DNA of 64,000 bases from Haloferacaceae archaeon 50 (GTDB lineage: Archaea; Halobacteriota; Halobacteria; Halobacteriales; Haloferacaceae). The stretch is taken from the NCBI GenBank assembly GCA_046097085.1, contig CP175567.1:1355875-1419874 (forward strand), given 5' to 3'. Position numbers and translations under genes: made by a program. Under the pieces are notes generated by a model. The model had not been told where the DNA came from. It was given only the letters and a program-made list of their open reading frames with translations, and searched no databases. Of the stretch, positions 45,241 to 54,784 are shown piece after piece. The first letter of the stretch is position 1. Each line of letters opens with the position of its first letter.

Positions 45241-46623
45241 CTACTCGGAGGGCAGCATCTTCCCCGGGTTGAGCGTCCCGTTCGGGTCGAAGGCGTCTTT
45301 GATTCGCCGCATGGCACCCACCGCGTCGCCGTGTTCGTACGCCATGTACGGGCGCTTGCCCAGACCGACGCCGTGTTCGCCCGTGGCGGTGCCGCCGAGG
45401 TCCACGGCGGCGTACACCACGCGCTCGTTGAGTTCGTGGACGCGCGCCACCATCTCCGGGTCGTCGGGGTCGATGAGCGGCGTGAAGTGGAGGTTGCCGT
45501 CGCCCGCGTGGCCGACGCAGGGCGTGAGAAGGTCGAGGTCGTCCGCCGCCGCCGCGACGGCGTCGACGATGTCGGGGTACGCGGAGATGGGGACGACCAC
45601 GTCGCCGACGACCCCCACGTCCCACTCCTCGCGGTGGGCGCGCGCCGCCGGGAGAGCGTCCCGCCGGGCCGCCCAGACGTCGTCCATCTCGCCGCGGTCG
45701 GCCGCGGTCCAGCGCTCCATCCCGTTGTCGTCGAATATCTCCCGGACGAACGCGAGGTCGGCCTCGACGCCCGCGACAGAGTTGCCGTGGAGTTCGACCA
45801 CGAGCGTCGGCTTGGCCGCGAGGTCGGCGGCGTCGCTGTAGGCGTCGATGAGTGCCGCCTGCGTCGCGCCGATGAACTCCAGAGCGCCGGGGCGGACGCC
45901 GTAGCGAATCACCTCCGCGACGGCCTCGGCGGCCGAGCGCTCGTCGGGGAATGTGACCAGCGCCGCGCGCGTCTCCTGGGGGATGCCCACCAGGCCGAGC
46001 GTCACCGCCGTCACGACGCCGAGGGTGCCCTCGCTCCCGACGAACAGGTCCGTGAGGCTGTAGCCCGACGACGTCTTGACGGCGGCCGTCCCGCAGTCGA
46101 GCACCGTCCCGTCGGCGAGTACTACCTCCATCGCCCGGACGTGGTCCCGCGTCTCGCCGTACCGGACGGCGTTGAACCCGGAGGCGTTCGTGGCCACCAT
46201 CCCGCCCACGGTGGCGACGTCGCCGCTGGATATGCCGGGCGCGAACCGCAGGCCGTGGCGGGCGAGTCGTTCGTTGAGGTCGTCGTACACCACGCCCGGC
46301 CCGACGCGCGCCACGAGGTCCGACGGCCGCACCTCGACGGCGTCGAGGTCGCGCGTCGTGAGGACGACGCCCCCCTCGACGGGGACGGCGTTGCCCTCCA
46401 GTCCGGAGCCGCCGCCCCACGGCGTGACCGACACCCCTCGTTCGTCCGCCGCGGCGAGCACCGCCGACACGTCGTCGGTCGACGCGGCGTGGACGACGGC
46501 GTCGGGTTCGGACGGGTCGTGCGGGCTCGCGTCCTCGGCGTACCGGCCGCACTCGCCCGCGCCGAACTCGACGCGGCCGTCGAGGTCGAGACCGGCGAGG
46601 AACTCGCAGTCCTGTCTCGGCAT
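45241..46623 (-). CDS. FAD-linked oxidase (GlcD / D-lactate dehydrogenase family)
   Basis: Start at Met 46623 (MPRQDCEFLAGL...), 460 aa; FAD-binding PCMH domain (VTPWGGGSGLEGNAVP), C-terminal FAD-oxidase_C blocks (GTATGEHGVG). Confidence 0.85.
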   Translation of the reverse strand: MPRQDCEFLAGLDLDGRVEFGAGECGRYAEDASPHDPSEPDAVVHAASTDDVSAVLAAADERGVSVTPWGGGSGLEGNAVPVEGGVVLTTRDLDAVEVRPSDLVARVGPGVVYDDLNERLARHGLRFAPGISSGDVATVGGMVATNASGFNAVRYGETRDHVRAMEVVLADGTVLDCGTAAVKTSSGYSLTDLFVGSEGTLGVVTAVTLGLVGIPQETRAALVTFPDERSAAEAVAEVIRYGVRPGALEFIGATQAALIDAYSDAADLAAKPTLVVELHGNSVAGVEADLAFVREIFDDNGMERWTAADRGEMDDVWAARRDALPAARAHREEWDVGVVGDVVVPISAYPDIVDAVAAAADDLDLLTPCVGHAGDGNLHFTPLIDPDDPEMVARVHELNERVVYAAVDLGGTATGEHGVGLGKRPYMAYEHGDAVGAMRRIKDAFDPNGTLNPGKMLPSE

Positions 46624-46671
46624 GGGCTGGCGGACGGCCGCGACTACCTTGGTCTTACCCCCGGCGGGCAC

Positions 46672-47232
46672 TCAGAGCAGGAAGAACAGCGACGACGCCG
46701 CGAAGTGGACGAGAAGGAGTCGGCCCATGCTCCCGACGAACGTCGCCAGCCCGAACTTGACGTAGTCGCGTTCGAGGACGGCGAAGGCGTAGATGGAGAG
46801 GGTGTCGGGGAACCCCGGGACACAGAGCGCGAGGGCGAGGCCGGCGTAGCCCCAGCGCTTGGCCACCTCGACGGTCCGGCGCTCGGACCACTCAACCACG
46901 TCGAACCGGGAGTTGCGGAGCGCCCGGATGATCGGTCCCGACTCCTTGGCCTCCTGCCCGATGTGGAACGCGAACAGGCTCCCGGCGGCCTTCCCAGCGC
47001 CGCTCACGACGACGATGAGTCCGAGCACCGCCCACGACGGGAGGCCGAGGTCGAGGGGCGCGAGCAGGACCACCTCCGACACCAGCGGCAGGGCGAAGGC
47101 GATGAGAAACGAGTAGACGAAGATGACGACCAGTCCGCCCCACCCCGTGGCGCCCCGCACGAGGTCCGCGAGCCACCCGAAGTCGAACAGGCCGTCGGCG
47201 GCGGCGGTCAGCGCCGTGAGGAAGAACGACAC
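46672..47232 (-). CDS. DedA/SNARE-associated (VTT domain) membrane protein
   Basis: Likely GTG start at 47232; multi-TM with the conserved DedA core (...PLVSEVVLLAPLDLG...GAGKAAGSLFAFHIGQ...); upstream extension in track is spurious. Confidence 0.65.
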   Translation of the reverse strand: MSFFLTALTAAADGLFDFGWLADLVRGATGWGGLVVIFVYSFLIAFALPLVSEVVLLAPLDLGLPSWAVLGLIVVVSGAGKAAGSLFAFHIGQEAKESGPIIRALRNSRFDVVEWSERRTVEVAKRWGYAGLALALCVPGFPDTLSIYAFAVLERDYVKFGLATFVGSMGRLLLVHFAASSLFFLL

Positions 47233-47338
47233 GCTCGTGAATCCGTCACGTCCCGACGTAAACTTTGAGGTTCGGAGACGGCCGGAGACGCCGCGTCCGG
47301 GCGTGCCACAAGTTCTCACGCCGTCGCGGCCAGCCCTG

Positions 47339-48418
47339 TCACCGCAGGTCGTCCACGTCGCGCACGAACGCGGAGAGCGTCTCGCGGGTGACGTGGGGCA
47401 TGCAGACGAGTCTGAGGTCGTCGTCCGCGGTGCGCGAGATGCGCCACCCTCGCTCTCTGAGCGCCGAGAACAGGTCGTCCGACGTCTCGGCGGTCACCAG
47501 CGGGAGTTCGGGACGGGTCACGTCGAACCCCCGGTCGGCGAGGGCGTCGGCCGCCCACTCGGCGTTCTCCATCGAGCGCTCGAACTGCTCGCGGTAGCCG
47601 TCGGGCCAGAGTTCGTCGAGGGCGGCGGCGGCCGACGCCACGCCCGCGCCGCTCCGGGTGCCGTTGAGCGTGGCCTGCGACGTGGATTCGAGGTAGGGCG
47701 TGTCCACCGCGAGGGCGTCGAGCGCCGCCCGGTCGCGGAACAGCAGTCCCCCGGCGGGCACCACCGCGCGCCCGAACTTGTGGGGGTCTATCGTGAGCGA
47801 GTCCACGGCGGCGTGGTCGAAGTTCCACGCGTGGTGGGTGAACGGCAGGGCGAACCCGCCCCACGCCGCGTCGACGTGGAGGCGCGCCCCCGCGTCGGCC
47901 GCCGCGTCCGCGAGGCGCGGAATCGGGTCGACGCGGCCGTACTCGGTGTTCCCGGCCACCCCCACCACCAGCACCGTGTCGTCGTCCGTCGCCGCCCGCA
48001 CCGCGTCCACGTCGGCGCGGTGGTCGGCGTCGGTGGGGACGAGTCGCAACTCGACGCTCAGCACGTCCGCCGCCTTCCGGAACGAGAAGTGGGCGCTCTC
48101 GGGCGCGACCACGTTGGGGCGCGACGCGTCGCCCCCGTCGGCGTCCGCGTCGCGCGCGAGGTTGCGCGCCGCGCGGACGGCCTGCAGGTTGGCCTCGGTG
48201 CCGCCGCCGGTCACGTAGCCGTGGGGGTCGTCGAGGCCGGTCACCTCTCCGAGCGTCGCCACCACCTCGTCTTCGAGTTCGGCGACTCGCCGGTACGTCT
48301 CGGGGTCGCCGGGGTTGGCGGCGAGGAACGTCTCGGCCGCCTCTCGCGCCGCCGGGTGGGGTTCGGTACACATCGAGGACAGCACCCGGTCGAACGACTG
48401 CGGCGCGACCTGTCGCAT
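47339..48418 (-). CDS. mfnA: L-tyrosine/L-aspartate decarboxylase MfnA (PLP-dependent, group II decarboxylase)
   Basis: 359 aa; [18 protein letters not shown]-Lys context LTIDPHKFG; length typical of archaeal MfnA. Confidence 0.85.
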   Translation of the reverse strand: MRQVAPQSFDRVLSSMCTEPHPAAREAAETFLAANPGDPETYRRVAELEDEVVATLGEVTGLDDPHGYVTGGGTEANLQAVRAARNLARDADADGGDASRPNVVAPESAHFSFRKAADVLSVELRLVPTDADHRADVDAVRAATDDDTVLVVGVAGNTEYGRVDPIPRLADAAADAGARLHVDAAWGGFALPFTHHAWNFDHAAVDSLTIDPHKFGRAVVPAGGLLFRDRAALDALAVDTPYLESTSQATLNGTRSGAGVASAAAALDELWPDGYREQFERSMENAEWAADALADRGFDVTRPELPLVTAETSDDLFSALRERGWRISRTADDDLRLVCMPHVTRETLSAFVRDVDDLR

Positions 48419-48583
48419 GGAACTCCGTTACCCGGCGCGGCGTTTATCGTTTCCGCTCCGGGGCGGTGTCGCCGGAGACGGCGACGGCCGGTCGAAGACG
48501 GGCGGCGAAACAGGGGACGGCGGCGGAGAGAAGGGGGACGGTGAGAAGCGGGGACGGGCGTGCGACCGCTGGGGTCGCTCGGC

Positions 48584-50932
48584 CTACCGCACGGAGTCGA
48601 GCACGAGTTTCTGCTCGACCCGCTTCGCCTCGTGTTGGACGTCGCGGACGGCGTCGATGTTGGCCGAGATGGAGCTCACGCCCTCGTTGACGAGGAACTG
48701 GACCATCTGCGGTTTCGACCCGGCCTGCCCGCAGATGCTCGTCTTCACGTCGAGTTCGCGGCACGTCTCGATGGTGGTCTCGATGAGTTTGAGCACCGAC
48801 GGGTGGAGTTCGTCGTAGATGCCGGCCACGTTGCCGTTGTTGCGGTCGACCGCCAGCGTGTACTGGGTGAGGTCGTTCGTGCCGAACGACGCGAAGTCGA
48901 TGCCGGCCTCCGCGAGTTCCTCGATGGCAAGCGCCGAGGAGGGCGTCTCTATCATCACGCCCCACTCGCGTTTCTCGGGGTCGATGCCCACCTCCTTCAT
49001 GTGCTCTTTCGCGCGGTAGACGTCCTCGGCGTCGTTCACGAGGGGGAACATTATCTCGACGTTGTCGTAGCCCATCTCGTAGAGGCGGCGGAACGCCTCC
49101 AGTTCCTTCTTGAACACGCGCGGGTTGTCGAGGCTCCGCCGGATGCCCCGGTAGCCCAGCATCGGGTTGTGCTCGTCGGGTTCGTCCTCGCCGCCCTCGA
49201 GTTGGCTGAACTCGTCGGTGGGGGCGTCGAGCGTCCGGACCCGGACGGGCCGGGGGTAGAACTCGTCGGCCACCCCGCGCACGCCGTCGACTATCTCCTC
49301 GACGTAGGCGCGTTCGCCCTCGTCGGCCATGTAGCGCTCGGGGGTCTTGCCCAGCGAGAGCACCATGTGCTCGATGCGGAGGAGGCCCACGCCGTCGGCC
49401 CCGGTGGCGGCGGCGCGTTCGGCCGCCTCGGGGATGGAGACGTTGACCTTCACCTCGGTGGCGGTCATGGGCTTGACCGGCGTCTTGGGGCGGGCCTCCT
49501 CGATGGGTTCGCGCTGCTCGGAGGTGTCCTCGCCGCCCTCGCGCACGGTGCCCTTGTCGCCGTCGATGGTTATCTCCTGTTCGTCCTCCAGCACCCGGGT
49601 GCCGTTCTGCGTGCCCACGACGGCGGGCACGCCGAGTTCGCGCGAGACGATGGCGGCGTGGGAGGTCATCCCGCCCTCGTCGGTCACGATGCCCGCCGCG
49701 CGCTTCATCGCGGGCACCATGTCGGGCATCGTCATCTCGGTCACGATGATGTCGCCCTCGGAGACCTGGTCGAGGTGGTCGAGTTTGGTCACGATGCGGG
49801 CGGTGCCCGACGCGATGCCGGGGCTCGCGCCGAGGCCGTCCACGATGACGTCGCCGCTCGCCTCGCCGTTCGCGGTCTGCATCTCGGCCTGCGCTCCGCC
49901 GCTCCCTCCGCTGGGACCGCCGCCGTTGCCGTCGGGCACCGACGACTCCACGTTGTCCGCGGCGTCGGCTATCTGCTTGTCCTCGCCGTCGGAGATGGTG
50001 GTGATGGGCCGCGACTGGAGCATGTACACGTCGCCGTCGAAGACGGCCCACTCCACGTCCTGCGGCTCGCCGTAGTGGTCCTCGACCCGTTCGCCGAGTT
50101 CGACGAGCGTCCCTATCTCGTCGTCGTCGAGCACGCGCGCGTCGCGCTTCTCGACGGGCACCTCGGTCTCGACCGTCTCGCCCGTCTCTTCGTCTTTCTC
50201 GATGAGCACCTTCTTCTCGGCGACGGTGACCTCCTCGACGTCGCCGGACTCGCGGTCGACCACGTAGTTGTCGGGCGACACCGTGCCCGACACCACCGCC
50301 TCGCCGAGTCCCCACGCCGCCTCGATGATGATGCGAGAGTCGCCGGTGGAGGGGTGGGAGGTGAACATCACGCCGGACTTCTCGGCGTCCACCATCTGCT
50401 GGACGACGACGGCGATGTCGACCGCGTCGTGGGCGAAGCCCTTCTGGTTTCGGTAGTAGATGGCGCGTTGAGAGAACAGCGACGCCCAACACTTCTTGAT
50501 ACACTCGATGAGGTCGTCGGCCTGTACGTTGAGGTACGTCTCCTGCTGGCCCGCGAAGGAGGCGTCGGGCAGGTCCTCCGCCGTCGCCGACGACCGCACC
50601 GCGACGAACGCCTCGCCGTCACCCACCTCGCGGTAGGCGGCGAGTATCTCGTCGGCCACGTCGTCGGGCATCTCCGTCTCCATGATGAGTTCGGTCGCCC
50701 GCTCGTGGGCCTCGGAGAGCGCCGCCGAGTCCTCGGAGTCTACCTCGACAGCCTCGAAGAGCTCCTCGTCGATTCCCGCTTCTTCGATGAACGTGCGGTA
50801 CGTCTGCGCCGTCACCACGAAACCGGGTGGGACCGGTAGCCCCGCGTCGGTGAGTTCGCCGAGTGACGCCGCTTTGCCGCCGACTGTGTCGAGGTCGGTC
50901 GAACGCACGTCGTCCAGCCAGGTTACTGCCAT
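48584..50932 (-). CDS. ppsA: phosphoenolpyruvate synthase
   Basis: Start at Met 50932 (MAVTWLDDV...GGKAASLGEL), 782 aa; ATP-grasp N-domain, phospho-His domain (GGMTSHAAIVSRELGVP), C-terminal PEP-utilizing TIM barrel (SFGTNDLTQY...ICGQ). Confidence 0.95.
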   Translation of the reverse strand: MAVTWLDDVRSTDLDTVGGKAASLGELTDAGLPVPPGFVVTAQTYRTFIEEAGIDEELFEAVEVDSEDSAALSEAHERATELIMETEMPDDVADEILAAYREVGDGEAFVAVRSSATAEDLPDASFAGQQETYLNVQADDLIECIKKCWASLFSQRAIYYRNQKGFAHDAVDIAVVVQQMVDAEKSGVMFTSHPSTGDSRIIIEAAWGLGEAVVSGTVSPDNYVVDRESGDVEEVTVAEKKVLIEKDEETGETVETEVPVEKRDARVLDDDEIGTLVELGERVEDHYGEPQDVEWAVFDGDVYMLQSRPITTISDGEDKQIADAADNVESSVPDGNGGGPSGGSGGAQAEMQTANGEASGDVIVDGLGASPGIASGTARIVTKLDHLDQVSEGDIIVTEMTMPDMVPAMKRAAGIVTDEGGMTSHAAIVSRELGVPAVVGTQNGTRVLEDEQEITIDGDKGTVREGGEDTSEQREPIEEARPKTPVKPMTATEVKVNVSIPEAAERAAATGADGVGLLRIEHMVLSLGKTPERYMADEGERAYVEEIVDGVRGVADEFYPRPVRVRTLDAPTDEFSQLEGGEDEPDEHNPMLGYRGIRRSLDNPRVFKKELEAFRRLYEMGYDNVEIMFPLVNDAEDVYRAKEHMKEVGIDPEKREWGVMIETPSSALAIEELAEAGIDFASFGTNDLTQYTLAVDRNNGNVAGIYDELHPSVLKLIETTIETCRELDVKTSICGQAGSKPQMVQFLVNEGVSSISANIDAVRDVQHEAKRVEQKLVLDSVR

Positions 50933-51108
50933 TGCGCAGTCGGATGTGCGCAAGCGACTTCAAAGAACCTTCCGGGTCGAAATCGGAGCCCTCACTCGGT
51001 TATGAGTACCGATTTGGGGGGAATAGCCTCACGGCGAGCGCGTCCGGTTTCCCCTCGCTGGGGACCTCAGGCGAGACATTCATTTAGCTACGGCGCGCAC
51101 GTGCGGAC

Positions 51109-51708
51109 GTGCTTCCGGAGTGGTTGTCCCTGCTCCCGCCGTGGCTACTGGTCGGGGTCTGTCTCGGCGTCGCCGCGTCACTGTTCGTGGCCGGCGCGTT
51201 CGTGGTCGGCGACCGCCTGTTCCCCGCCCCCGCGTCGTCCGGCCCCTCCGTCGACGGCGTCGCTCGCCGTCGCGCCGAGATACGTGACTACCTCGGACGG
51301 ATAGACGAACCGTACGACGAGAACCGCACCGTCCGCGGCGAGGCAGTCGCGTTCTACCTGCCCCGCCGCGACGTGGCCATCACCTTCGACGCGAAGGCGT
51401 ACTTCCGCCTCCAACGCGCCGGGACGTACGCGGTGCTGTGCGAACACGAGATGCCCGGTGCGCAACTCGGACGCCGCCTCCCGTTCGAGACGCCCGACTA
51501 CGACCCCATCCCGGACGCTCCCTCCCCCGTCTCGGCGGCGTTCGACCACCTCGAACTCCCGCCGTCGGCCTCGCCCGAGGATGTCAAGTCCGCCTACCGG
51601 GAACGGGTGAAGGAGGTCCACCCCGACCACGGGGGCGACCCCGAAGAGTTCAAACGCCTGCGCGAGGCCTACACCACCGTGAAGGACCACCTCGAAGTCG
51701 CCGCATGA
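51109..51708 (+). CDS. membrane-anchored J-domain protein (DnaJ-like, HPD motif)
   Basis: 199 aa; N-terminal TM (LLPPWLLVGVCLGVAASLFVAGAFVV), C-terminal J domain SPEDVKSAYRERVKEVHPDHGGDPEEFKRLREAY. Confidence 0.7.
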   Translation: MLPEWLSLLPPWLLVGVCLGVAASLFVAGAFVVGDRLFPAPASSGPSVDGVARRRAEIRDYLGRIDEPYDENRTVRGEAVAFYLPRRDVAITFDAKAYFRLQRAGTYAVLCEHEMPGAQLGRRLPFETPDYDPIPDAPSPVSAAFDHLELPPSASPEDVKSAYRERVKEVHPDHGGDPEEFKRLREAYTTVKDHLEVAA

Positions 51709-51882
51709 ACGCTACTCGCCCGACACATATCCGCCGCTCGTACCGCCCGCCGCCGAGTCCCGACTCCCGCCGACCTCGTGCCCGAGGCTGCATTTGCAGG
51801 CGCGAGCGCTATGCGAAGCGTTCCCGAACGTGGGGGCAACGCCGGAGTCCGTCGCGACGCGGACCGACCGGCGGACCCCACT

Positions 51883-52146
51883 ATGTCCGACACGGATACC
51901 ACGCTCGACGCCGTCGAATCGAAACTCGACCGCGCGAAGGGCAAAGAGCGGGCGGAGGCGCTGGAACTCCTCCGCTCCGCGAGGGACGACCTCGAAGCGC
52001 TCGACGAGGACGACGCGGTGGACGACGCCAAGATCGGTTCGCTGGCCACGCACGTGGACCAGCGGATACGGGAGGTGCGGAAGCGAGACGAGTACTCGGG
52101 CGGAATGGGCGCGGCGATGAACCCCGAGAACGACGAGGCGCCCTGA
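51883..52146 (+). CDS. small coiled-coil hypothetical protein
   Basis: Start at internal Met 51883 (MSDTDTTLDAVESKLDRAKGKERAEALELLRSARDDLEALDEDD...), 87 aa; upstream track extension overlaps antisense frames. Confidence 0.4.
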   Translation: MSDTDTTLDAVESKLDRAKGKERAEALELLRSARDDLEALDEDDAVDDAKIGSLATHVDQRIREVRKRDEYSGGMGAAMNPENDEAP

Positions 52147-52237
52147 CCGGCGCGCGCCCCGTCGGCGTGTCCCGCGCCCTGACCGATGCGCCGAGAACCG
52201 AAGCGGGAGTAGGAACGGAGACGGGGGTGCCCGGCCG

Positions 52238-52858
52238 ATGAGCGAGGCCACCGCGCCGGTCGTCCGGACGCTGACCGTCCGCCTCGACGTGCCCGCAGAC
52301 GCGCGGGCGTCCCTCCACGACACCGTCGAGGCGTTCAACGCCGCCGTCTCCTTCGCCGTCGAGAACGCCCCCTCGTCCGCGCCGAGCGACGAGACGATGC
52401 GGGAGGCTGTCTACGAGGACATCCTCACCCGGAGCGACCTCCCCCGACGCCTCGCGCTCAGGGCGTGCGCCGAGGCGGCCGACTTCCTCCGCCGCCGCGC
52501 CGCGCGCGCCGAGGCGCGTGCCGCGACCGAACCCGACGCGACGGCCGCCGCCGAGGCGGCCGTCTCCGGTGCGGGTGGGGGAAGTGACGGGACCGCCGCC
52601 GCGGCCGCCGGCCCCGCCCCCCGGTTCGACCACCCGAGCGTGGGGTACGACGCGGAGTCGTTCACCCCGCGCGGCGACGCCGCGACGCTCCAGACCGTCG
52701 ACGGCGCGGTCGACGTGACCTACGAGTCCACCGCACGCCAGCGCGAGTACCTCTCCTCCGGCGAGTTCACCGCGACCGACGGCGTCCTCCACTACGTGAC
52801 CGAGACGGACCGGTTCCACCTCCAACTCAACCTGCGACGCCGCCCGTCGCTGGCGTGA
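52238..52858 (+). pseudogene. TnpB-like (IS200/IS605-family OrfB, haloarchaeal IS1341-type) N-terminal fragment, truncated before the RuvC-like domain
   Basis: 206 aa; VVRTLTVRLDVPADARASLHDTVEAFNAAVSFAVENA and ...ESFTPRGDAATLQTVDGAVDVTYESTARQREYLSSGEFTATDGVLHYVTETDRFHLQLNL resemble the N-terminal/WED region of haloarchaeal TnpB proteins; ends abruptly and its stop overlaps the next gene's start; no tnpA, no RuvC/zinc-finger part. Confidence 0.4.
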
Positions 52859-53565
52859 TGTACGACGCGGACTACCGGGACCGGGCGGTCTACCTCCCGG
52901 CGACCGAGACGCTGGTGGTCGCCGACCTCCACGTCGGCCGCGCCGAGGCGTCGGACGTGGCGTTCCCCCTCGGGGAGCGAGACGACCTCGTCTCGCGCCT
53001 CGCGGCCCACGTCGACGCCGTCTCGCCCGCCGAAGTCGCGTTCGCGGGCGACGTGCTCCACGAGTTCGGCGGCGTCTCGCGCCGCGCCCGCGAGACGCTG
53101 ACGGCCCTCGCGGACGCCTGCCGCGACGCCGGCGCGCGCCCGGTGATGGTGGCGGGCAACCACGACGCGATGCTCGGCGAGGCGTGGGACGGCCCCGTGT
53201 ACGACGCCTACCGGCCGGGCGACGGCGACGGCGCGGTGCTGGTGTGTCACGGCCACGAGGCCCCCGACGCCGACGCCCGGGCGTCGCTCTACGTCGTCGG
53301 CCACGACCACCCCGCCATCGACGTCGAGGGGCGAAAGCGGCCCTGCTTCCTCTACGGCGAGGGCACCTACCGCGGCGGCGACGTGCTGATGCTCCCGGCG
53401 TTCACCCGCCTCGCCGCGGGCGCGACGGTCAACGGCATGCGCGCGCGGGACTTCCAGTCGCCGCTGGTGACCGACGCCGACGCCCTCCGCGTAGTCGTCT
53501 ACGACGCCGACGCGGGCGAGGCGCTGACGTTCCCGCCGCTTGGCCGGTTCCGGCGGATGCTGTGA
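52858..53565 (+). CDS. metallophosphoesterase (calcineurin-like phosphoesterase)
   Basis: 235 aa; VVADLHVG, AGDVLHEF, VAGNHD, CHGHE, VGHDH motifs of the Metallophos superfamily. Confidence 0.75.
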   Translation: MYDADYRDRAVYLPATETLVVADLHVGRAEASDVAFPLGERDDLVSRLAAHVDAVSPAEVAFAGDVLHEFGGVSRRARETLTALADACRDAGARPVMVAGNHDAMLGEAWDGPVYDAYRPGDGDGAVLVCHGHEAPDADARASLYVVGHDHPAIDVEGRKRPCFLYGEGTYRGGDVLMLPAFTRLAAGATVNGMRARDFQSPLVTDADALRVVVYDADAGEALTFPPLGRFRRML

Positions 53566-53614
53566 GCGTGCCGCCCCACCGAGAGATTATGAGCCTCGCG
53601 CGAGAGGTACGCCC

Positions 53615-54709
53615 GTGACAGTGACCCCCGCGGACGACGTGGCGCGCGTCCTCGACCCCGACGGCGAGGTGGTGGGCGACCCGCCGGACCTCTCCGACGA
53701 CCGCCTCCGGGCGATGTACCGCGACATGCGACTAGTCCGGCGGTTCGACGAGCGGATGGTCAGCCTCCAGCGGCAGGGTCGCCTCGGCACCTACGCGCCG
53801 GTCGCCGGGCAGGAGGCCGCCTCGGTCGCCAGCACGCACGCGCTGACCGACGACGACTGGATATTCTACCAGTACCGCGAGCACGGGGCCGTGGCGGTCC
53901 GCGGTCTCACGCCCGCCTACCTCACCTACTGGATGGGCCACGAACACGGCAACGCGGCGCTGGTAGAGGACAACGTCGCGCCCCTCAACATCTCCATCGG
54001 GGCCCAGATACCCCACGCCGTCGGGATGGCGTGGGCGTCGAAGTTGAAGGGCGACGACAACGTGGTGGTGTGTCACTTCGGCGACGGCGCGACCAGCGAG
54101 GGCGACTTCCACGAGGGGATGAACTTCGCGGGCGTGTTCGACGTGCCCGCGGTCATGTTCTGCAACAACAACCAGTGGGCCATCTCCCACCCGCGAGAGC
54201 GCCAGACCGCGAGCGACACGCTCGCCGTCAAGGCCGAGGCCTACGGCTTCGAGGGCGTCCGCGTCGACGGCATGGACCCCCTCGCGGTCTACCGGGTGAC
54301 CCGCGACGCCGTGGCGAAAGCCCGGGGCGACGGCGACCACGACCACCGTCCGACGATGATAGAGGCCGACATGTACCGGTTCGGCGCGCACACCACCGCC
54401 GACGACCCCTCCGTCTACCGCGACGAGGACGAGGTCGAGGCGTGGAGAGAGCGCGACCCCCTCCGGCGGTTCGAGGCGTACCTCCGCGACCGGGGACTGC
54501 TCGACGACGAACGAATCGACGACGTCGAGTCCGAGGTGGAGGAGACGCTGGCCGACGTGATAGCGAGCGCCGAGGAGTACGAGGCCGACCCGGTCTCCAT
54601 GTTCGACTACGCGTTCGCCGACCCGACGCCCGTGATGCGCGACCAGCGGGCGTCGTTCGCGGACCTCCTCGACTCGGAGGGGGCGGCGGCGTTCCGCGAC
54701 GGGGAGTGA
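53615..54709 (+). CDS. 2-oxoacid (pyruvate/branched-chain) dehydrogenase E1 component alpha subunit, TPP-dependent; no adjacent beta subunit
   Basis: GTG start at 53615 (VTVTPADDVARVLDPDGEVV...), 364 aa; YRDMRLVRRFDE, GQEAASVAS, TPP-binding GDGATSEGDFHEGMNFA...NNQWAIS. Confidence 0.85.
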   Translation: MTVTPADDVARVLDPDGEVVGDPPDLSDDRLRAMYRDMRLVRRFDERMVSLQRQGRLGTYAPVAGQEAASVASTHALTDDDWIFYQYREHGAVAVRGLTPAYLTYWMGHEHGNAALVEDNVAPLNISIGAQIPHAVGMAWASKLKGDDNVVVCHFGDGATSEGDFHEGMNFAGVFDVPAVMFCNNNQWAISHPRERQTASDTLAVKAEAYGFEGVRVDGMDPLAVYRVTRDAVAKARGDGDHDHRPTMIEADMYRFGAHTTADDPSVYRDEDEVEAWRERDPLRRFEAYLRDRGLLDDERIDDVESEVEETLADVIASAEEYEADPVSMFDYAFADPTPVMRDQRASFADLLDSEGAAAFRDGE

Positions 54710-54784
54710 CCGCGGGCCGCGACGCCGGCGCGTCGGCGGCCCGCGACGTTCGTGCGTGCGGGGCGCGCCGCCCCGTCGCCCCCC

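Noticed and set aside
42171-45272. 1033-aa ORF on the plus strand spanning 3.1 kb
   Set aside because: It is antisense to the histidine kinase and metG genes, whose products show strong conserved motifs. Its product is low-complexity Arg/Ala/Ser-rich with no recognisable domains, so it is a stop-codon-free frame generated by ~70% GC.
48444-50504. 686-aa and other Arg-rich ORFs overlapping ppsA (also 54228-56096, 8175-8936, 1255-2004, 350-1321)
   Set aside because: Extremely Arg/Gly/Pro-biased translations typical of out-of-frame reading of GC-rich coding DNA; each overlaps a well-supported gene on the same or opposite strand.
51881-52825. 314-aa minus-strand ORF and other ORFs overlapping 51.7-52.8 kb
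   Set aside because: Low-complexity Gly/Arg/Ala-rich translations antisense to the small coiled-coil ORF and the TnpB-like fragment; no motifs.
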